The notes under the pieces are model-generated. The model was not told the DNA's origin. It saw only the letters and a list, made by a program, of their open reading frames with translations, and did not search any database. Both the position numbers and the translations under genes were made by a program. A DNA stretch of 64,000 nt, taken from an uncultured Acidobacteriota bacterium. GTDB taxonomy: Bacteria; Acidobacteriota; JAQAZP01. Shown here piece after piece: positions 14,093-24,988 of this stretch. The DNA is taken from assembly GCA_963836075.1 (NCBI GenBank), contig CAWIIB010000009.1:608001-672000 (forward strand). Direction: 5' to 3'. Positions within the stretch are counted from its first letter, which is position 1. Each line of letters begins with the position of its first letter.

Positions 14093-16396
14093 CTATTTCC
14101 GTGCCGCGTGCGGGTGACCTTCGGCGTCGATGGCGGCCAGGGCGGCGATGCTCACCACCTCCTCCACCTCGCAGCCCTTCTGCAGCACGTGGATCGGCAG
14201 CTTCATCCCGGCGAGGATCGGGCCGACGGTGTGGGCCCCGCCCAGCTTGCGCAGCAGCTTGTAGGCGATGTTGCCGCTGGCCAGGTCGGGGAAGAGCAGC
14301 ACGGTGGCGTCCCCCTTGATCCGCGAGAAGGGGAAGAACTCGGTGGCGATATCACTGTCGATGGCGGTGTCCACCTGCATCTCGCCGTCGGCCAGCAGGT
14401 CGGGACAGCGCTCGGCCAGGATCTCCCGGGCCCGGCGCACCTTGGACGAGGCCGGGTGCGGAGCAGAACCGAAGTTGGAGAAGGAGAGCAGCGCCACCCG
14501 CGGTTCGATGTCGAGGCTGCGGGCCACTTCCGCCGCGATCTCGGCCAGGCCGGCCAGCTGTTCGGCGTCGGGCTCGATGTTCACCGTGGTGTCGGAAAAG
14601 ATGAGCAGGCGGTTCTCGAAGATCATCACGTAACTGCCGCTGACCAGCTGGACGCCCATCGGCTCCTTGACCACCTGCAGGGCGGGCCGGATGGTTTCCG
14701 GGTAGTGACCCGTCATCCCGCCCACCATGGCGTCTGCGTCTCCTGCCATCACCATCATCGGGGCGAAGTAGCGGCGGTTGGCCATCAGCTTGGCCGCCTC
14801 GCTGCGGATCAGCCCCTTGCGCTGGCGGTTCTGGAAAAACGACTCGATGTACTCCTCGCGCTTGGGAAAGATCAGCGGGTCGATGATCTCCACGTCACCG
14901 AGCAGTTCCAGGCCCAGCTCCTCGACCCGGGCGCGGATTGCCGCTTCACTGCCCAGCAGCACCGGCTTCGCGATCCCTTCCTCGACGATCTGGTGCGCGG
15001 CGCGGAGGATCTTCGGGTCGTCCCCCTCGGAGAAGACGATGCGTTTCTTGGTCTTCATCGAACGGGCCTTGCCGATCAGCTGGCGCATGAAACGGTGGCC
15101 GGGACCGAGGCGGCTCTCCAGGGCGTTGCGGTAAGCGTCCCAGTCCTCGATCGGCTTCTGGGCCACCCCAGTCTCGCAGGCGGCGCGGGCCACGGCCACC
15201 GTCTCCCAGATCAGCACCCGGGGGTCGAAGGGTTTGGGGATCAGGTATTCCCGGCCGTAGTGCAGCTGATCCACACCGTAGGCCCGGCAGACTTCGTCCG
15301 GCACGTCCTCCTTGGCCAGCTTGGCCAGGGCCCGGGCCGCAGCCACCTTCATCTCCTCGTTGATCGCCCGGGAACGGACGTCCAGGGCGCCGCGGAAGAT
15401 GAAGGGGAAGCCGAGCACATTGTTCACCTGGTTGGGGAAGTCGCTGCGGCCGGTGGCCATGATTACGTCGGGCCGGGCAGCCACGGCTTCGGGGTAGGTG
15501 ATCTCCGGGTCGGGGTTGGCCATGGCAAAGACGATGGGATCGGCGGCCATGGACTGGACCATCTCCCGGCTCACCACGTCGGCCACCGAGACGCCGCAGA
15601 AGACGTCGGACCCCTCCATGGCCTCGGCCAGGGTTCGGCGCCCGGTCTCCGCGGCGAAGCGGGCCTTGTACTTGTTGTATTTCGGGTGGTCGGGATCGAG
15701 GTCCTCGCGGCTGCCGTGGATCACACCCTTGGTGTCGCACATCATGACGTTTTCCAGACGGACGCCGAGGGAGACGTAAAAGTTGGCGCAGGCGATGCCG
15801 GCGGCGCCGGCGCCGTTGCAGACCACCCGCAGGTCCTCCAGCTTCTTCTCCACCAGCTCGGCGGCGTTGACCAGCGCCGCCCCGGAGATGATCGCCGTGC
15901 CGTGCTGGTCGTCGTGGAACACGGGGATGTTCATCGTCCGCTTCAGCGTCTCTTCGATCAGGAAGCATTCGGGGGCCTTGATGTCCTCGAGGTTGATCCC
16001 GCCGAAGGTCGGCTCCAGCAGCTGGCAGGTGCGGATAATCTCCTGCGGATCGAGGGTATCCAGTTCGATGTCGAAGACATCGATATCGGCGAAGCGTTTG
16101 AACAGCACGCCCTTGCCCTCCATCACCGGCTTGCCGGCCAGGGCGCCGATGTTGCCCAGGCCCAGCACCGCCGTGCCGTTGGAGAGCACGGCCACCAGGT
16201 TGCCCTTGGCGGTGTAGAGGTAGGCGTCCTCCGGGTTCTTCTCGATCTCCAGACAGGGTACGGCCACGCCGGGGCTGTAGGCCAGGGAGAGATCGCGCTG
16301 GGTCAGACAGGGCTTGGTGGGCGTGACCTGGATCTTCCCGTGCCTGCCGCGGGAGTGGTATTCGAGAGCCTGCTGCTTCTTGTTCATCTCCTCCAC
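14093..16396 (-). CDS. maeB: NADP-dependent malic enzyme with C-terminal phosphotransacetylase-like domain
   Basis: [57 protein letters not shown], and the PTA-like DGEMQVD...GNIAYK. Start may be the ATG at 16387. Confidence 0.97.
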   Translation of the reverse strand: MEEMNKKQQALEYHSRGRHGKIQVTPTKPCLTQRDLSLAYSPGVAVPCLEIEKNPEDAYLYTAKGNLVAVLSNGTAVLGLGNIGALAGKPVMEGKGVLFKRFADIDVFDIELDTLDPQEIIRTCQLLEPTFGGINLEDIKAPECFLIEETLKRTMNIPVFHDDQHGTAIISGAALVNAAELVEKKLEDLRVVCNGAGAAGIACANFYVSLGVRLENVMMCDTKGVIHGSREDLDPDHPKYNKYKARFAAETGRRTLAEAMEGSDVFCGVSVADVVSREMVQSMAADPIVFAMANPDPEITYPEAVAARPDVIMATGRSDFPNQVNNVLGFPFIFRGALDVRSRAINEEMKVAAARALAKLAKEDVPDEVCRAYGVDQLHYGREYLIPKPFDPRVLIWETVAVARAACETGVAQKPIEDWDAYRNALESRLGPGHRFMRQLIGKARSMKTKKRIVFSEGDDPKILRAAHQIVEEGIAKPVLLGSEAAIRARVEELGLELLGDVEIIDPLIFPKREEYIESFFQNRQRKGLIRSEAAKLMANRRYFAPMMVMAGDADAMVGGMTGHYPETIRPALQVVKEPMGVQLVSGSYVMIFENRLLIFSDTTVNIEPDAEQLAGLAEIAAEVARSLDIEPRVALLSFSNFGSAPHPASSKVRRAREILAERCPDLLADGEMQVDTAIDSDIATEFFPFSRIKGDATVLLFPDLASGNIAYKLLRKLGGAHTVGPILAGMKLPIHVLQKGCEVEEVVSIAALAAIDAEGHPHAARK

Positions 16397-16496
16397 CTCA
16401 TTTTGCCGGCGCCTGATATGCCCTCACCGGGGCCGTTCCACCGGACAGAGGGCGAATTATACATGGAACGTCACCCGGGGCAAGTGGTTTTCAGGA

Positions 16497-17651
16497 TCAA
16501 TCCAGTTTCTTGCTGAAACGCACCGAGGCAAGGGCGAGGAAGAGGATGCCAAACCCGGCCAGCGCGACGGCCTGGGACCAGAGGGCGGTGATACCGGCGC
16601 CCTTGAGAAATACGCCGCGGAGGATCTCCGCGTAGTAGGTCACGGGGATCAGGCGGCTCACCAGCTGCAGGAACGGCGGCATGCTGTCGACGGGGAAGAG
16701 CAGGCCGGAGAGATAGATCATCGGCAGCATCACCAGGAACGTGGCGGCCATCATCGCCTGCTGTTGTGTGCGCACCAGGGTGGAGACCAGCAGGCCCAGG
16801 CTGAGCATGTTGATCACGAAGAGCAGGGTCAGCCCGACGAGGAGCATAAGCGAGCCCCGCAAAGGCACCCTGAACCAGCCCACCGCGAGGGCGATGACCA
16901 GGAAGAGGTCCACCACGCCGATAATCCCGAAGGGGAGCAGCTTGCCGGCGATGATCTGCCACCCCCTGAGCGGGGTGACGATCAGCTGTTCCATGGTGCC
17001 GATCTCCTTCTCCCGCACCACCCCCATGGCGGAGAGAATCATGGTGATCATCATCAGCACCATGGCCAGCACTGCCGGCACGTAAAACCAGCGGCTGCGC
17101 AGGTCCGGGTTATACCACACCCGGGGCACCAGTTCCGCCTGTCCGGCCAGTTGGAACGGGCGGCCCGAGGCCGCGGACTGACGCCGGAGTTCGGCCAGCC
17201 GCGCAACCAACAGCTCACCGTTGCGCCGGGCCACGATCTGTGCCGCATAGGCCATGCCGCTGGTGGCCGAGGTGGTCTCACTGCCGTCGACGATGAGCTG
17301 CACCGCCGATCGCCGCCCGGCGGCAATGTCACTGCCGAATCCCCGGTCAATAACCAGCCCGATCTGCGCCCGGCCGCTGACCAGCCACGGCTCAACCGCC
17401 CCGGCAGCCTCCTCGCTGCCCAGCAGTTCGAAGTAACCCGAGCCGGTGAAGTCCCGGGCCAGCTGGCGGCTCTCCGCTGACCGATCCAGGTCCACCAGCA
17501 CCATGGGGAGGAGGTTGACGTCGAGGTTGGCCGCGTAGCCCAGGAACAGGAGCTGCAACGCCGGGGCGATGATCGCCACACGCAGCATCACCGGATCACG
17601 CAGCAGTTGCTGGAACTCCTTGCGGATCATGGCCAGGAGCATACGAAACAT
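16497..17651 (-). CDS. ABC-2 type transporter permease (YbhR-like)
   Basis: KEFQQLLRD, RVWYNPDL, REKEIGTMEQL. Start overlaps the upstream stop (TAATG). Confidence 0.92.
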   Translation of the reverse strand: MFRMLLAMIRKEFQQLLRDPVMLRVAIIAPALQLLFLGYAANLDVNLLPMVLVDLDRSAESRQLARDFTGSGYFELLGSEEAAGAVEPWLVSGRAQIGLVIDRGFGSDIAAGRRSAVQLIVDGSETTSATSGMAYAAQIVARRNGELLVARLAELRRQSAASGRPFQLAGQAELVPRVWYNPDLRSRWFYVPAVLAMVLMMITMILSAMGVVREKEIGTMEQLIVTPLRGWQIIAGKLLPFGIIGVVDLFLVIALAVGWFRVPLRGSLMLLVGLTLLFVINMLSLGLLVSTLVRTQQQAMMAATFLVMLPMIYLSGLLFPVDSMPPFLQLVSRLIPVTYYAEILRGVFLKGAGITALWSQAVALAGFGILFLALASVRFSKKLD

Positions 17652-18781
17652 TACCCCCCCTTCCTGGCGAAGCGAATCGCGGCCAGGGCCAGTAGCACCA
17701 CGCTCAGCAAAGTCAGGGCCCCGCACTGGCGCCAGAACGGGGCCAGCGTCGCCCCCTTGAGCATGATGCCGCGCAGGATCTCCAGATAGTAACGGGTGGG
17801 CACGAGGAAGGAGAGCCCCTGGAGAAACAGCGGCATGTTGCGCAGGGGAAAGATGAACCCGGAGAGGAGCAGCGCGGGCAGCATGGAGACGAGGATGCCC
17901 AGCTGGAATGCCACGGCCTGAGTATCGGTGATGGTGGAGATGAGCAGCCCGATGCAGAACCCGCCCAGCAGGTACAGCGCCGTGGCCAGAAAGAGATCGA
18001 AATAGGAGCCGCGGACCGAAACCCCGAAGAGCAGCCGCGCGGCAACCAGGATGATGACGGTTGAGGCCAGGCAGATGCCGAGAAAGGGCAGGGTCTTGCC
18101 CAACAGGATCTGCACCGTGCTTAGCGGTGCCACGCTCAGCTGCTCCATGGTGCCCCGCTCTGTCTCGCGCACCACCGAAAGGGCGGTGGAGAGCACCGCG
18201 GTGATCATCAGGATGAAACCGATGAGGCCGGGCACCAGAAAGTGGGACGACAGCAGCTGGGGGTTGTACCAGACCCGGGGCTCCACTTCGACAAGGGTAT
18301 CGAGAACCGCACTGCCGCCCGCCGCCCGCAGGGTGCGGGCCAGATGTTCCGCGTTCCAGGTCTGGAGCAGGGCAGTGGCATAGCCGAAGGCGGTGTTGGC
18401 GGTAATGGCATCGGTGCCGTCGATGATCAGCTGCACCGGAGCGCTTCTTCCGGCGGCCAGGTCGCTGCCGAATGTTTCGGGGATGACCAGCGCGGCCCGG
18501 GCGCCGCCGGCCTGGAACAACGCGTGAATATCTCCCGTCCGGGCCGGCCCCGCCGCCGGGCTAAAACGCCGGGAGTTGAAGAAGGCGGCCTGCAGCTCGC
18601 GGCTCGCCGGCGTCAGGTCCCGGTCCTCCACGGCCAGCGGCAGGTCCCAGACGTCGAAGTTCACCGCATATCCGAAAACCACCAGCATGAAGGCCGGCAG
18701 GCCGAGGAGCATTGCCAGAAAGAGCGGATCGCGGCTGATCTGCCGCATCTCCTTCACCGCAATGGCCCAGATCTTCCTCAT
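17651..18781 (-). CDS. ABC-2 type transporter permease (YbhS-like)
   Basis: KEMRQISRD, RVWYNPQL, RETERGTMEQL; TGATG coupling with the upstream gene. Confidence 0.92.
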   Translation of the reverse strand: MRKIWAIAVKEMRQISRDPLFLAMLLGLPAFMLVVFGYAVNFDVWDLPLAVEDRDLTPASRELQAAFFNSRRFSPAAGPARTGDIHALFQAGGARAALVIPETFGSDLAAGRSAPVQLIIDGTDAITANTAFGYATALLQTWNAEHLARTLRAAGGSAVLDTLVEVEPRVWYNPQLLSSHFLVPGLIGFILMITAVLSTALSVVRETERGTMEQLSVAPLSTVQILLGKTLPFLGICLASTVIILVAARLLFGVSVRGSYFDLFLATALYLLGGFCIGLLISTITDTQAVAFQLGILVSMLPALLLSGFIFPLRNMPLFLQGLSFLVPTRYYLEILRGIMLKGATLAPFWRQCGALTLLSVVLLALAAIRFARKGG

Positions 18782-19764
18782 CACCCTGACCCTTCCGCCG
18801 TTTCGATGGCCCGGATGAAAACGTCTTCCAGCGAAGGGACGATTCGCTGGGCCGCGGCACCCGGCAGGCCCCGGTGCTGGAGGAGATCGATGACCCGGCG
18901 CTCCAGCCCGGGCTCGTCCCCGGCCACCAGGTGCAGCTGCGTTCCGAAGGCGATCACATCGTGGACCCATGACTGACCGTCAAGCAGGTCGATGGCCGCC
19001 TGGACGTCGGGACAGGTGACCTCGAGCACCGCCTGGCCGCCGAAGACGTCTTTCATTTCACTCACCGTGCCCAGCGAGATGAGGCGACCGGCATGCATCA
19101 GGGCCAGCCGGTGGCAGTGCTCCGCCTCGTCCATGTAGTGGGTGGTGACGAAAACCGTGGTCCCGCCGGCAGCCAGCTGGTCGATCAGCTCCCAGAACTC
19201 GCGGCGGGAGATGGGATCCACCCCGCCTGTGGGTTCGTCGAGAAAGACGATTTCCGGCTCATGGAGCAACGCGCAGACCAGGGCCAGCCTCTGCTTCCAG
19301 CCCCCGGGGAGTTCGCGGGTGACCAGCCGTTCTTTCCCCTTCAGCCCGGCCGTCTCCAGGGCCCACGCTTCACGCTGGCGCTGCCGGCTCGCATCCAACC
19401 CATAGACCCCGCCGAAGAAGCTGATGTTCTGCCCCACGCTGAGATCCTCGTAGAGGCTGAAGCGCTGGCTCATGTATCCGATACGCCTCTTCACCTCCTC
19501 GGGTCTGGCGGCCACATCCAGCCCCAGCACCCGGGCAGTGCCCTCGGTGGGCGACAGCAGGCCGCAGAGGATGCGGATCACCGTGGTTTTACCGGCGCCG
19601 TTGGAGCCGAGAAAGCCAAAGATTTCGCCGCGGTGTACCGAGAAGTCGACCTTGTCCACCGCGGTGAAGCTGCCGAACCGGCGGGTCAGGCCACGCACCT
19701 CCACCACCGTCTCAACCCCGTTCTCCGGTTTGGCCCGACTGTCAGGATTCATGCTCTGCTCCAT
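18781..19764 (-). CDS. ABC transporter ATP-binding protein
   Basis: GSNGAGKTT, LPGGWKQR, FLDEPT, TTHYMDEA. Confidence 0.95.
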   Translation of the reverse strand: MEQSMNPDSRAKPENGVETVVEVRGLTRRFGSFTAVDKVDFSVHRGEIFGFLGSNGAGKTTVIRILCGLLSPTEGTARVLGLDVAARPEEVKRRIGYMSQRFSLYEDLSVGQNISFFGGVYGLDASRQRQREAWALETAGLKGKERLVTRELPGGWKQRLALVCALLHEPEIVFLDEPTGGVDPISRREFWELIDQLAAGGTTVFVTTHYMDEAEHCHRLALMHAGRLISLGTVSEMKDVFGGQAVLEVTCPDVQAAIDLLDGQSWVHDVIAFGTQLHLVAGDEPGLERRVIDLLQHRGLPGAAAQRIVPSLEDVFIRAIETAEGSG

Positions 19765-19777
19765 CCCCGCCGGCCGG

Positions 19778-21153
19778 TCACCGCCCCAGCACCCTGGTCA
19801 GGCGGGCCTGGCCGAGCTGGATCTGGATTTCCGCCGCAGTGCGCGAGAGCCCGGCTTGCAGCAGGGCCACTTCGGCGTCCAGCATTTCGGAGGAAGCGAG
19901 CAGGCCTTCGCGGTAGCGATCCCCGGCCACCTTGCGGTTCTCCTCGGCCGAAGCCAGACCGGCGCCGGCAACCGGCAATGCCGCCCGGGCCGCTGCCAGT
20001 TCGTGCCAGGTGGCGGTGACCTGCTCGCGGATGGTGAGGTCCAGAGACTCCAGCCGCCGGGCCGCCGCCTCGGCTTCGCTCTCCGCCCGTTCCACACGGG
20101 CCCGACGCTTGCCGCCGTCCCAGAAGCGGTAGGTCAGGTTGAGCGACACGTCCCAGGTGTCGTTGAATTCGTCCACCGGCGGAAGGATCAGCATGTTCGG
20201 CCGGGAGTACTCGGTACCCGGCTCCGGCGCTGATCACCGGCTTGTATTCGGCGCGTTCCCGCTCCACCGCGGCCCGCGCCGCCTCCACCCGCGCCGCCAG
20301 AGCAGCCCGCTCGGGGCGTGCGGCCAGCGCTTCGTCGATCAGTTCGCTCAATTCCGCTGCGCTGTCATCCTCCTCCAACGGGCGGCCTTCGACCTCGATC
20401 ACCGCCTCCGGAGGCAATCCCAGCAAGCTGGCCAGGCGGGCGGCCGCCACCGCCCGGTCGCGTTCGGCCTCCAACCTGTCCAGCAGGGCTTTGTCCCGCT
20501 CCACCTGCACGGCCAGCAGGTTGTTCTTTGCCGCCAGGCCGAAACGGATGCGGTTTTCCACATCGGCCAGGTGCGATTCGAACGCTTCGATCCCGGCAAC
20601 ATAGACCCGGGCCTGTTCCTCGGCGAACAGTACCTCTGAAGAAGGCGTCGGTGACCCACAGGCGGAGGTCGTCCTCGGCCACCGCCAGGTCTCCCGCCGC
20701 GGCGGCGGTGGACCACTGGGCGGCCTCGGTACCCCAGCGGGTTCGGCCGCCGGTGTAGAGCGGAACCCGCAGGTCCAGCATCGCTCCGTAACGGTTGGGG
20801 ATGTTGGGGAAGACCACGTTCCGTGACCCGTCGGGCTGGGTGATGGCATATTCGGGGACATCGGACAGGCGCGAGGCCCGCGCCGACGCATCCAGGTCGG
20901 GCATCCGGACCGATTGAGCCAGCCGTTCGGACGCTTCACCTGCCCGGATCAACGCACGCCGTTCCTCGAGGATTGGCGAGTCTTCTTCAGCCATGGCCAG
21001 CGCCTGCTCGAGGGTCAGCCGGACAACGACTTCTTCCGCGGCCGGCGGCATGTACACCTCTTCACTCCCCTGCGCCGATGCGGCCGCGGCCAGAACCATG
21101 CAGACGGCCATGGTGAGAAACAGACGTTGTACTCTATTCGTCCGGAGTGGCAT
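19778..21153 (-). CDS. TolC-family outer membrane efflux protein, split by two +1 frameshifts (~20637, ~20213); probably intact in vivo
   Basis: Signal peptide, LTLEQALAMA, PLYTGG, then FWDGG and YREGL...EMLDAE distributed across three consecutive frames. Confidence 0.85.
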
Positions 21154-22103
21154 CAGTGGACCTCCGTTTCTGCCGCACGGATCCTGGCGATAAAGATGTC
21201 TTCGAGGGTCGGGGAGACGGCGCGGCTGGACAACACGTCAAGGCCCCGCTGGCGAAGCGATTCAGCGAGGACAGCGGCAACGGCCTCCGCCCTGCCGGCC
21301 CCCGCGGTGAGTGTGAGGTGGTACCGTTCGCCGAACAGTTCCGCGTGGGCCACCGCGGGGTGCCCGCGCAAGGCGGCTCCGGCTTCACGGAGCGGGCGGG
21401 CGATGACCTCCACCATTTCCTCCTCCGACTGCCGCCGGATCTCACGCGGGTCGCCCTGGGTGAGCAGCCGCCCCTTGTACATCATCCCCACCCGCTGGCA
21501 GCGTTCCGCCTCATCGAGATAGGGCGTGGTCATCACCACCGTCAGCCCTTCACGCTGCAAACCGGCGAGCAGACGCCAGAAATCACGGCGTGAAACCGGG
21601 TCCACACCGGTGGTCGGTTCGTCGAGGATCAGCAACTCCGGCTGGTGGATCAGCGTGCAGACCAGGGCCAGCTTCTGCTTCATTCCGCCGGAGAGCCGCT
21701 GGGCCAGACGCCTGCGGAAGGGGGTCAGCCGGACCAGGGACAGCAGTTCGTCACGCCGCTTCCTCCACTGACGAACTCCGTGGATCGAAGCAAAAAAAGA
21801 CACGTTCTCGTCCACCGACAGGTCTCCGTAGAGCGAAAAGCGCTGGGAGAGATACCCCACGCTGTGGGCCAGCTTCCGCCTGCGCCGGTGGGGGTTGAGA
21901 CCGCAGGTGGTGACCGACCCGCCGTCCGGCTTGAGCAGGCCGAGGCCCACGCGGAGGCTGGTGGTCTTGCCCGCGCCATCGGGGCCGATCAGTCCGAACA
22001 TCTCCCCGTGCGCCACGGCCAGGTCCAGACCATCGACGGCGGTGACCGCACCGTAGCTTTTACGCATCCCCCGGTAGCTGAGCACCGGGTCTCCGGCGTT
22101 CAT
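21153..22103 (-). CDS. ABC transporter ATP-binding protein
   Basis: GPDGAGKTT, LSGGMKQK, ILDEPTTGVD, TTPYLDEAE. Start MNAGDP overlaps the HlyD stop. Confidence 0.95.
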   Translation of the reverse strand: MNAGDPVLSYRGMRKSYGAVTAVDGLDLAVAHGEMFGLIGPDGAGKTTSLRVGLGLLKPDGGSVTTCGLNPHRRRRKLAHSVGYLSQRFSLYGDLSVDENVSFFASIHGVRQWRKRRDELLSLVRLTPFRRRLAQRLSGGMKQKLALVCTLIHQPELLILDEPTTGVDPVSRRDFWRLLAGLQREGLTVVMTTPYLDEAERCQRVGMMYKGRLLTQGDPREIRRQSEEEMVEVIARPLREAGAALRGHPAVAHAELFGERYHLTLTAGAGRAEAVAAVLAESLRQRGLDVLSSRAVSPTLEDIFIARIRAAETEVH

Positions 22104-23086
22104 TCCCCGACCCCCGCGGCCCCGGCCGCCGCCCGCAGCCGGGCCCGGGCCGGCATGCCGGGTTTGAACAGGCCATCGTCGTTCTCCAGGCGGATCCTGA
22201 TCCGGTAGACCAGCTTCACCCGCTCGTCCCGGGTTTGAACATTCTTCGGCGTAAACTCCGCCCTGGGGTTGATCCAGGAAATCCTGCCGCTCCGCTGTTG
22301 GCCGTCGTCGGTGATCACCTCCGCCTGCTGCTCCAGCCGGATGCGGCCCAGGTCGGGCCCGGATACGTAGGCGGTGAGCCACACGTCGGATAGGTCTGTG
22401 ATCACGGCCAGCACGGTTCCCGGAGAGACCAGCTCGCCCACCTCCACCAGCGACTCGGTCACCACGCCGGAGACCGGGCTGACCACCGTGGCGTCACTGA
22501 TCTGTTGCTCGAGGATGGCGATGCCGGAGTCGGCCGAGGCGAGCCTGGCTTCGGCGGCCTGGATCTCTTCCCTGCGGAACCCGGCTGCCAGCTTGGCCAG
22601 CCGCTGCCGGGCCGCCTCCACCGTTTGGGCCGAGACGTCGCGGCGGGCCAGGGCATCGTCGCGGGACTTTTCCGTGCCGGACCCGACATCGAGCAGTCCC
22701 TGGAAGCGGTCCAGATCTCGTTGGGCCGCGGCGAGGTCGGCCTCCGCCCGTCCCAGCTCGGCGCGGGCCACGGCGATGTCCTCATGCTGGTAGCCGCTCC
22801 GTTTCAGCTGCAGTTCGGCCTCGGCCAGGGTTCGGCCGGCCCGGGCCGAAGCCAGCTGCAGTTCGAGGTCGATGGTGTCCACCCGCGCCACAGCGGAGCC
22901 GGCGTCCACCGCTTCTCCCTCCTCGAGCGCGAGCATCACCAGCGTGCCGCCGAGTTTTGTGGACAGCCGCACCTCGGTGGCCTCCACGTAGCCGTTGGCT
23001 TCGATGACATCCGGATCGGTCCGATCATTGCAGCCGGCGACGAGGAAGAGGAGAACGAGGCAGAAGGCAGCCAGAGTTCGAATCAT
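22100..23086 (-). CDS. HlyD-family periplasmic adaptor (YbhG-like)
   Basis: Lipoprotein-like signal (LVAGC), coiled-coil region, SPVSGVV, AEFTPKNVQTRDER, KPGMPA; AAGGAG RBS. Confidence 0.93.
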   Translation of the reverse strand: MIRTLAAFCLVLLFLVAGCNDRTDPDVIEANGYVEATEVRLSTKLGGTLVMLALEEGEAVDAGSAVARVDTIDLELQLASARAGRTLAEAELQLKRSGYQHEDIAVARAELGRAEADLAAAQRDLDRFQGLLDVGSGTEKSRDDALARRDVSAQTVEAARQRLAKLAAGFRREEIQAAEARLASADSGIAILEQQISDATVVSPVSGVVTESLVEVGELVSPGTVLAVITDLSDVWLTAYVSGPDLGRIRLEQQAEVITDDGQQRSGRISWINPRAEFTPKNVQTRDERVKLVYRIRIRLENDDGLFKPGMPARARLRAAAGAAGVGE

Positions 23087-23333
23087 GTCAAATCTCCTTC
23101 GGGCCAGATCGTGCGATGGGACAGCAGTTGGTTGAAATGTATCACCATGGAATACCGATGAAAAGCGGCCGACTCCTGCAAAGCCGCCCGGTTGACCGCA
23201 TCTCACCCCCTCATGTAACATTCATAAAGACCGCTGATAACCCTCACATTAAACAGGTACGCTCTTATCGTGTGGCGCGGTGACGTGCGCTGCGCGACAG
23301 GCCGGCGGGGCTTGCCAGCAGTTGGAGTGAACT

Positions 23334-24014
23334 ATGCCCAGGCTCTTTGCGGCGTTGATGCGACATGGACAATACCACCAGGCCCCGGACACACCCGGTG
23401 CGCACCAGCCGCACCCGCTGACTCCGGCGGGTGAAGCACAGGCCCGGCGTGGCGCCGGCAGCCTGCTGGAAATCGCCCACCGCGAGGGATGGCGGGTGGA
23501 CCGGGTGGTGGACAGTTCGACCATACTCCGGGCGTGGCAAACGGCAAATCTCTCCACGAGCGTGTTCGCCGTCCGCCTGGGAACCTCTTTCCGGGTCACC
23601 CCCTTCCACGAACTTGCGGAGCGCAGTGTGGGCAGCGCGGCCAACCTGACCATGAAGCAGATCAAATCGGTGGTGGCCGCAGATCCGCGCTGCGATGATC
23701 TGCCAAAGGACTGGAAATCGAAGAGCCGGTTCCGGTTGCCGCTGCCCGGCGCCGAGTCGCTGCTCGAGGCCGGAGACCGGGTCAGCCGCATTCTCGAATC
23801 GAGAATGGCCGAACTGGTCGAAGAGGCGACCGTTGACACGGTGCGCCTCTTTGTGGGTCACGGCGGCGCCTTCAGGCACGCCGCGGTGCACCTCGGCGTA
23901 CTCGACATCGACGAGGTGCCGACCCTCTCGATGCACCACTGCCGGCCAGTGGTGCTCGAACGGACGGCCGACGGCAGTTGGGCCAAAGTGGCCGGCCAGT
24001 GGAAGGAACGGTAG
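23334..24014 (+). CDS. Histidine phosphatase (phosphoglycerate mutase superfamily)
   Basis: LMRHG, SSTILRAWQTA, LAER, FVGHGG; GGAG RBS. Confidence 0.88.
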   Translation: MPRLFAALMRHGQYHQAPDTPGAHQPHPLTPAGEAQARRGAGSLLEIAHREGWRVDRVVDSSTILRAWQTANLSTSVFAVRLGTSFRVTPFHELAERSVGSAANLTMKQIKSVVAADPRCDDLPKDWKSKSRFRLPLPGAESLLEAGDRVSRILESRMAELVEEATVDTVRLFVGHGGAFRHAAVHLGVLDIDEVPTLSMHHCRPVVLERTADGSWAKVAGQWKER

Positions 24015-24219
24015 CCGAATTCGACGGAGAAATGATCACTTTGCTTACGCCTCGACCCGCCGTCGCCTGAACGACCCCGGCCGAAATTAAAAATTTTTGT
24101 TAATACTCACATAACTTCTTGACGACACGAGGGATGGAACGTACGTACCTGCATATTCGGATCCTGCATCTTCGCGGCGCCGGCACAGTTCTATCAGCTG
24201 GTTTTCATCCGAGGTCCCC

Positions 24220-24669
24220 ATGGTCAAGAAAAAGGCGGCAAGGAAAGTCTCCGGCGGCAATAAGAAAGCAAAAGCTGTCGCAGGCAAGGGAACGAACAAG
24301 AAAAAAAGGGTGAAAGCACAAAAAATGATGACCAGCGAAATGAAACCCGAGAAGGAAACGACTGCTGTAATTGAAAAACTTCTGCCTGCTGACAAAACCG
24401 AAAAAAAGAAGAAGAAAAAGAAGAACAAAGTCAAATTCAAGAGCATGATGCTCAGGGAAGAGGCGATCTCATATTTCGAGGCGATCCTGGCCGGTATCAA
24501 GCGGGGGTCGATCCAGATCCGGCAGGGTGACGAGTCCGTCGAACTCAGACCGACGCCCCAGCTCGATGTCTCGGTAAAGGCCGCCTCACGTGACCAGGAT
24601 GAAAGAATAGTCTTTGAGATCAAGTGGAGAACGGCGTCAGAAAGTGATCTGACCATCTCCACCGACTAA
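24220..24669 (+). CDS. Amphi-Trp domain protein with Lys-rich N-terminal extension
   Basis: REEAISYFEAILAGIKRGSI...LRP...FEIKW matches the amphi-Trp pattern; GAGG RBS. Confidence 0.8.
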   Translation: MVKKKAARKVSGGNKKAKAVAGKGTNKKKRVKAQKMMTSEMKPEKETTAVIEKLLPADKTEKKKKKKKNKVKFKSMMLREEAISYFEAILAGIKRGSIQIRQGDESVELRPTPQLDVSVKAASRDQDERIVFEIKWRTASESDLTISTD

Positions 24670-24703
24670 CCGGGCGCCCGGCGCCTGTCGGAGCAAGGGA
24701 GCG

Positions 24704-24988
24704 ATGAAAGAGCAGGAACAGGACTTCCGGCACGAATCCCTCCAGGACCGGATCTCCATCGAGCAGTACCTGAAAGCGCTGAACAGCGGGTTCACCACGG
24801 GCCGGCTCAAATTCAGCAACGAGGACGGCGAAATCGTTTTCAAACCCCGGGGGCTGGTCAACTTCGAGGTCCGGGCCAGCCGGAAACAGGACCGCGCCCG
24901 GCTGACCCTGAAGTTCAGCTGGAAGGATGGCGAAGGACGGTCGGGCAACGGTAACGGCAAGCTGCAGATCAACGGCAAACACGACTGA
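24704..24988 (+). CDS. Amphi-Trp domain protein
   Basis: FRHESLQD..SI..YL.AL..GF..G.L...P...LKFSWK. Confidence 0.85.
   Translation: MKEQEQDFRHESLQDRISIEQYLKALNSGFTTGRLKFSNEDGEIVFKPRGLVNFEVRASRKQDRARLTLKFSWKDGEGRSGNGNGKLQINGKHD

Noticed and set aside
19778-21153. tolC (and aceE) as true pseudogenes or programmed frameshifts
   Set aside because: No canonical slippery sites, no nonsense codons and uniform +1 shifts; sequencing error is more parsimonious.
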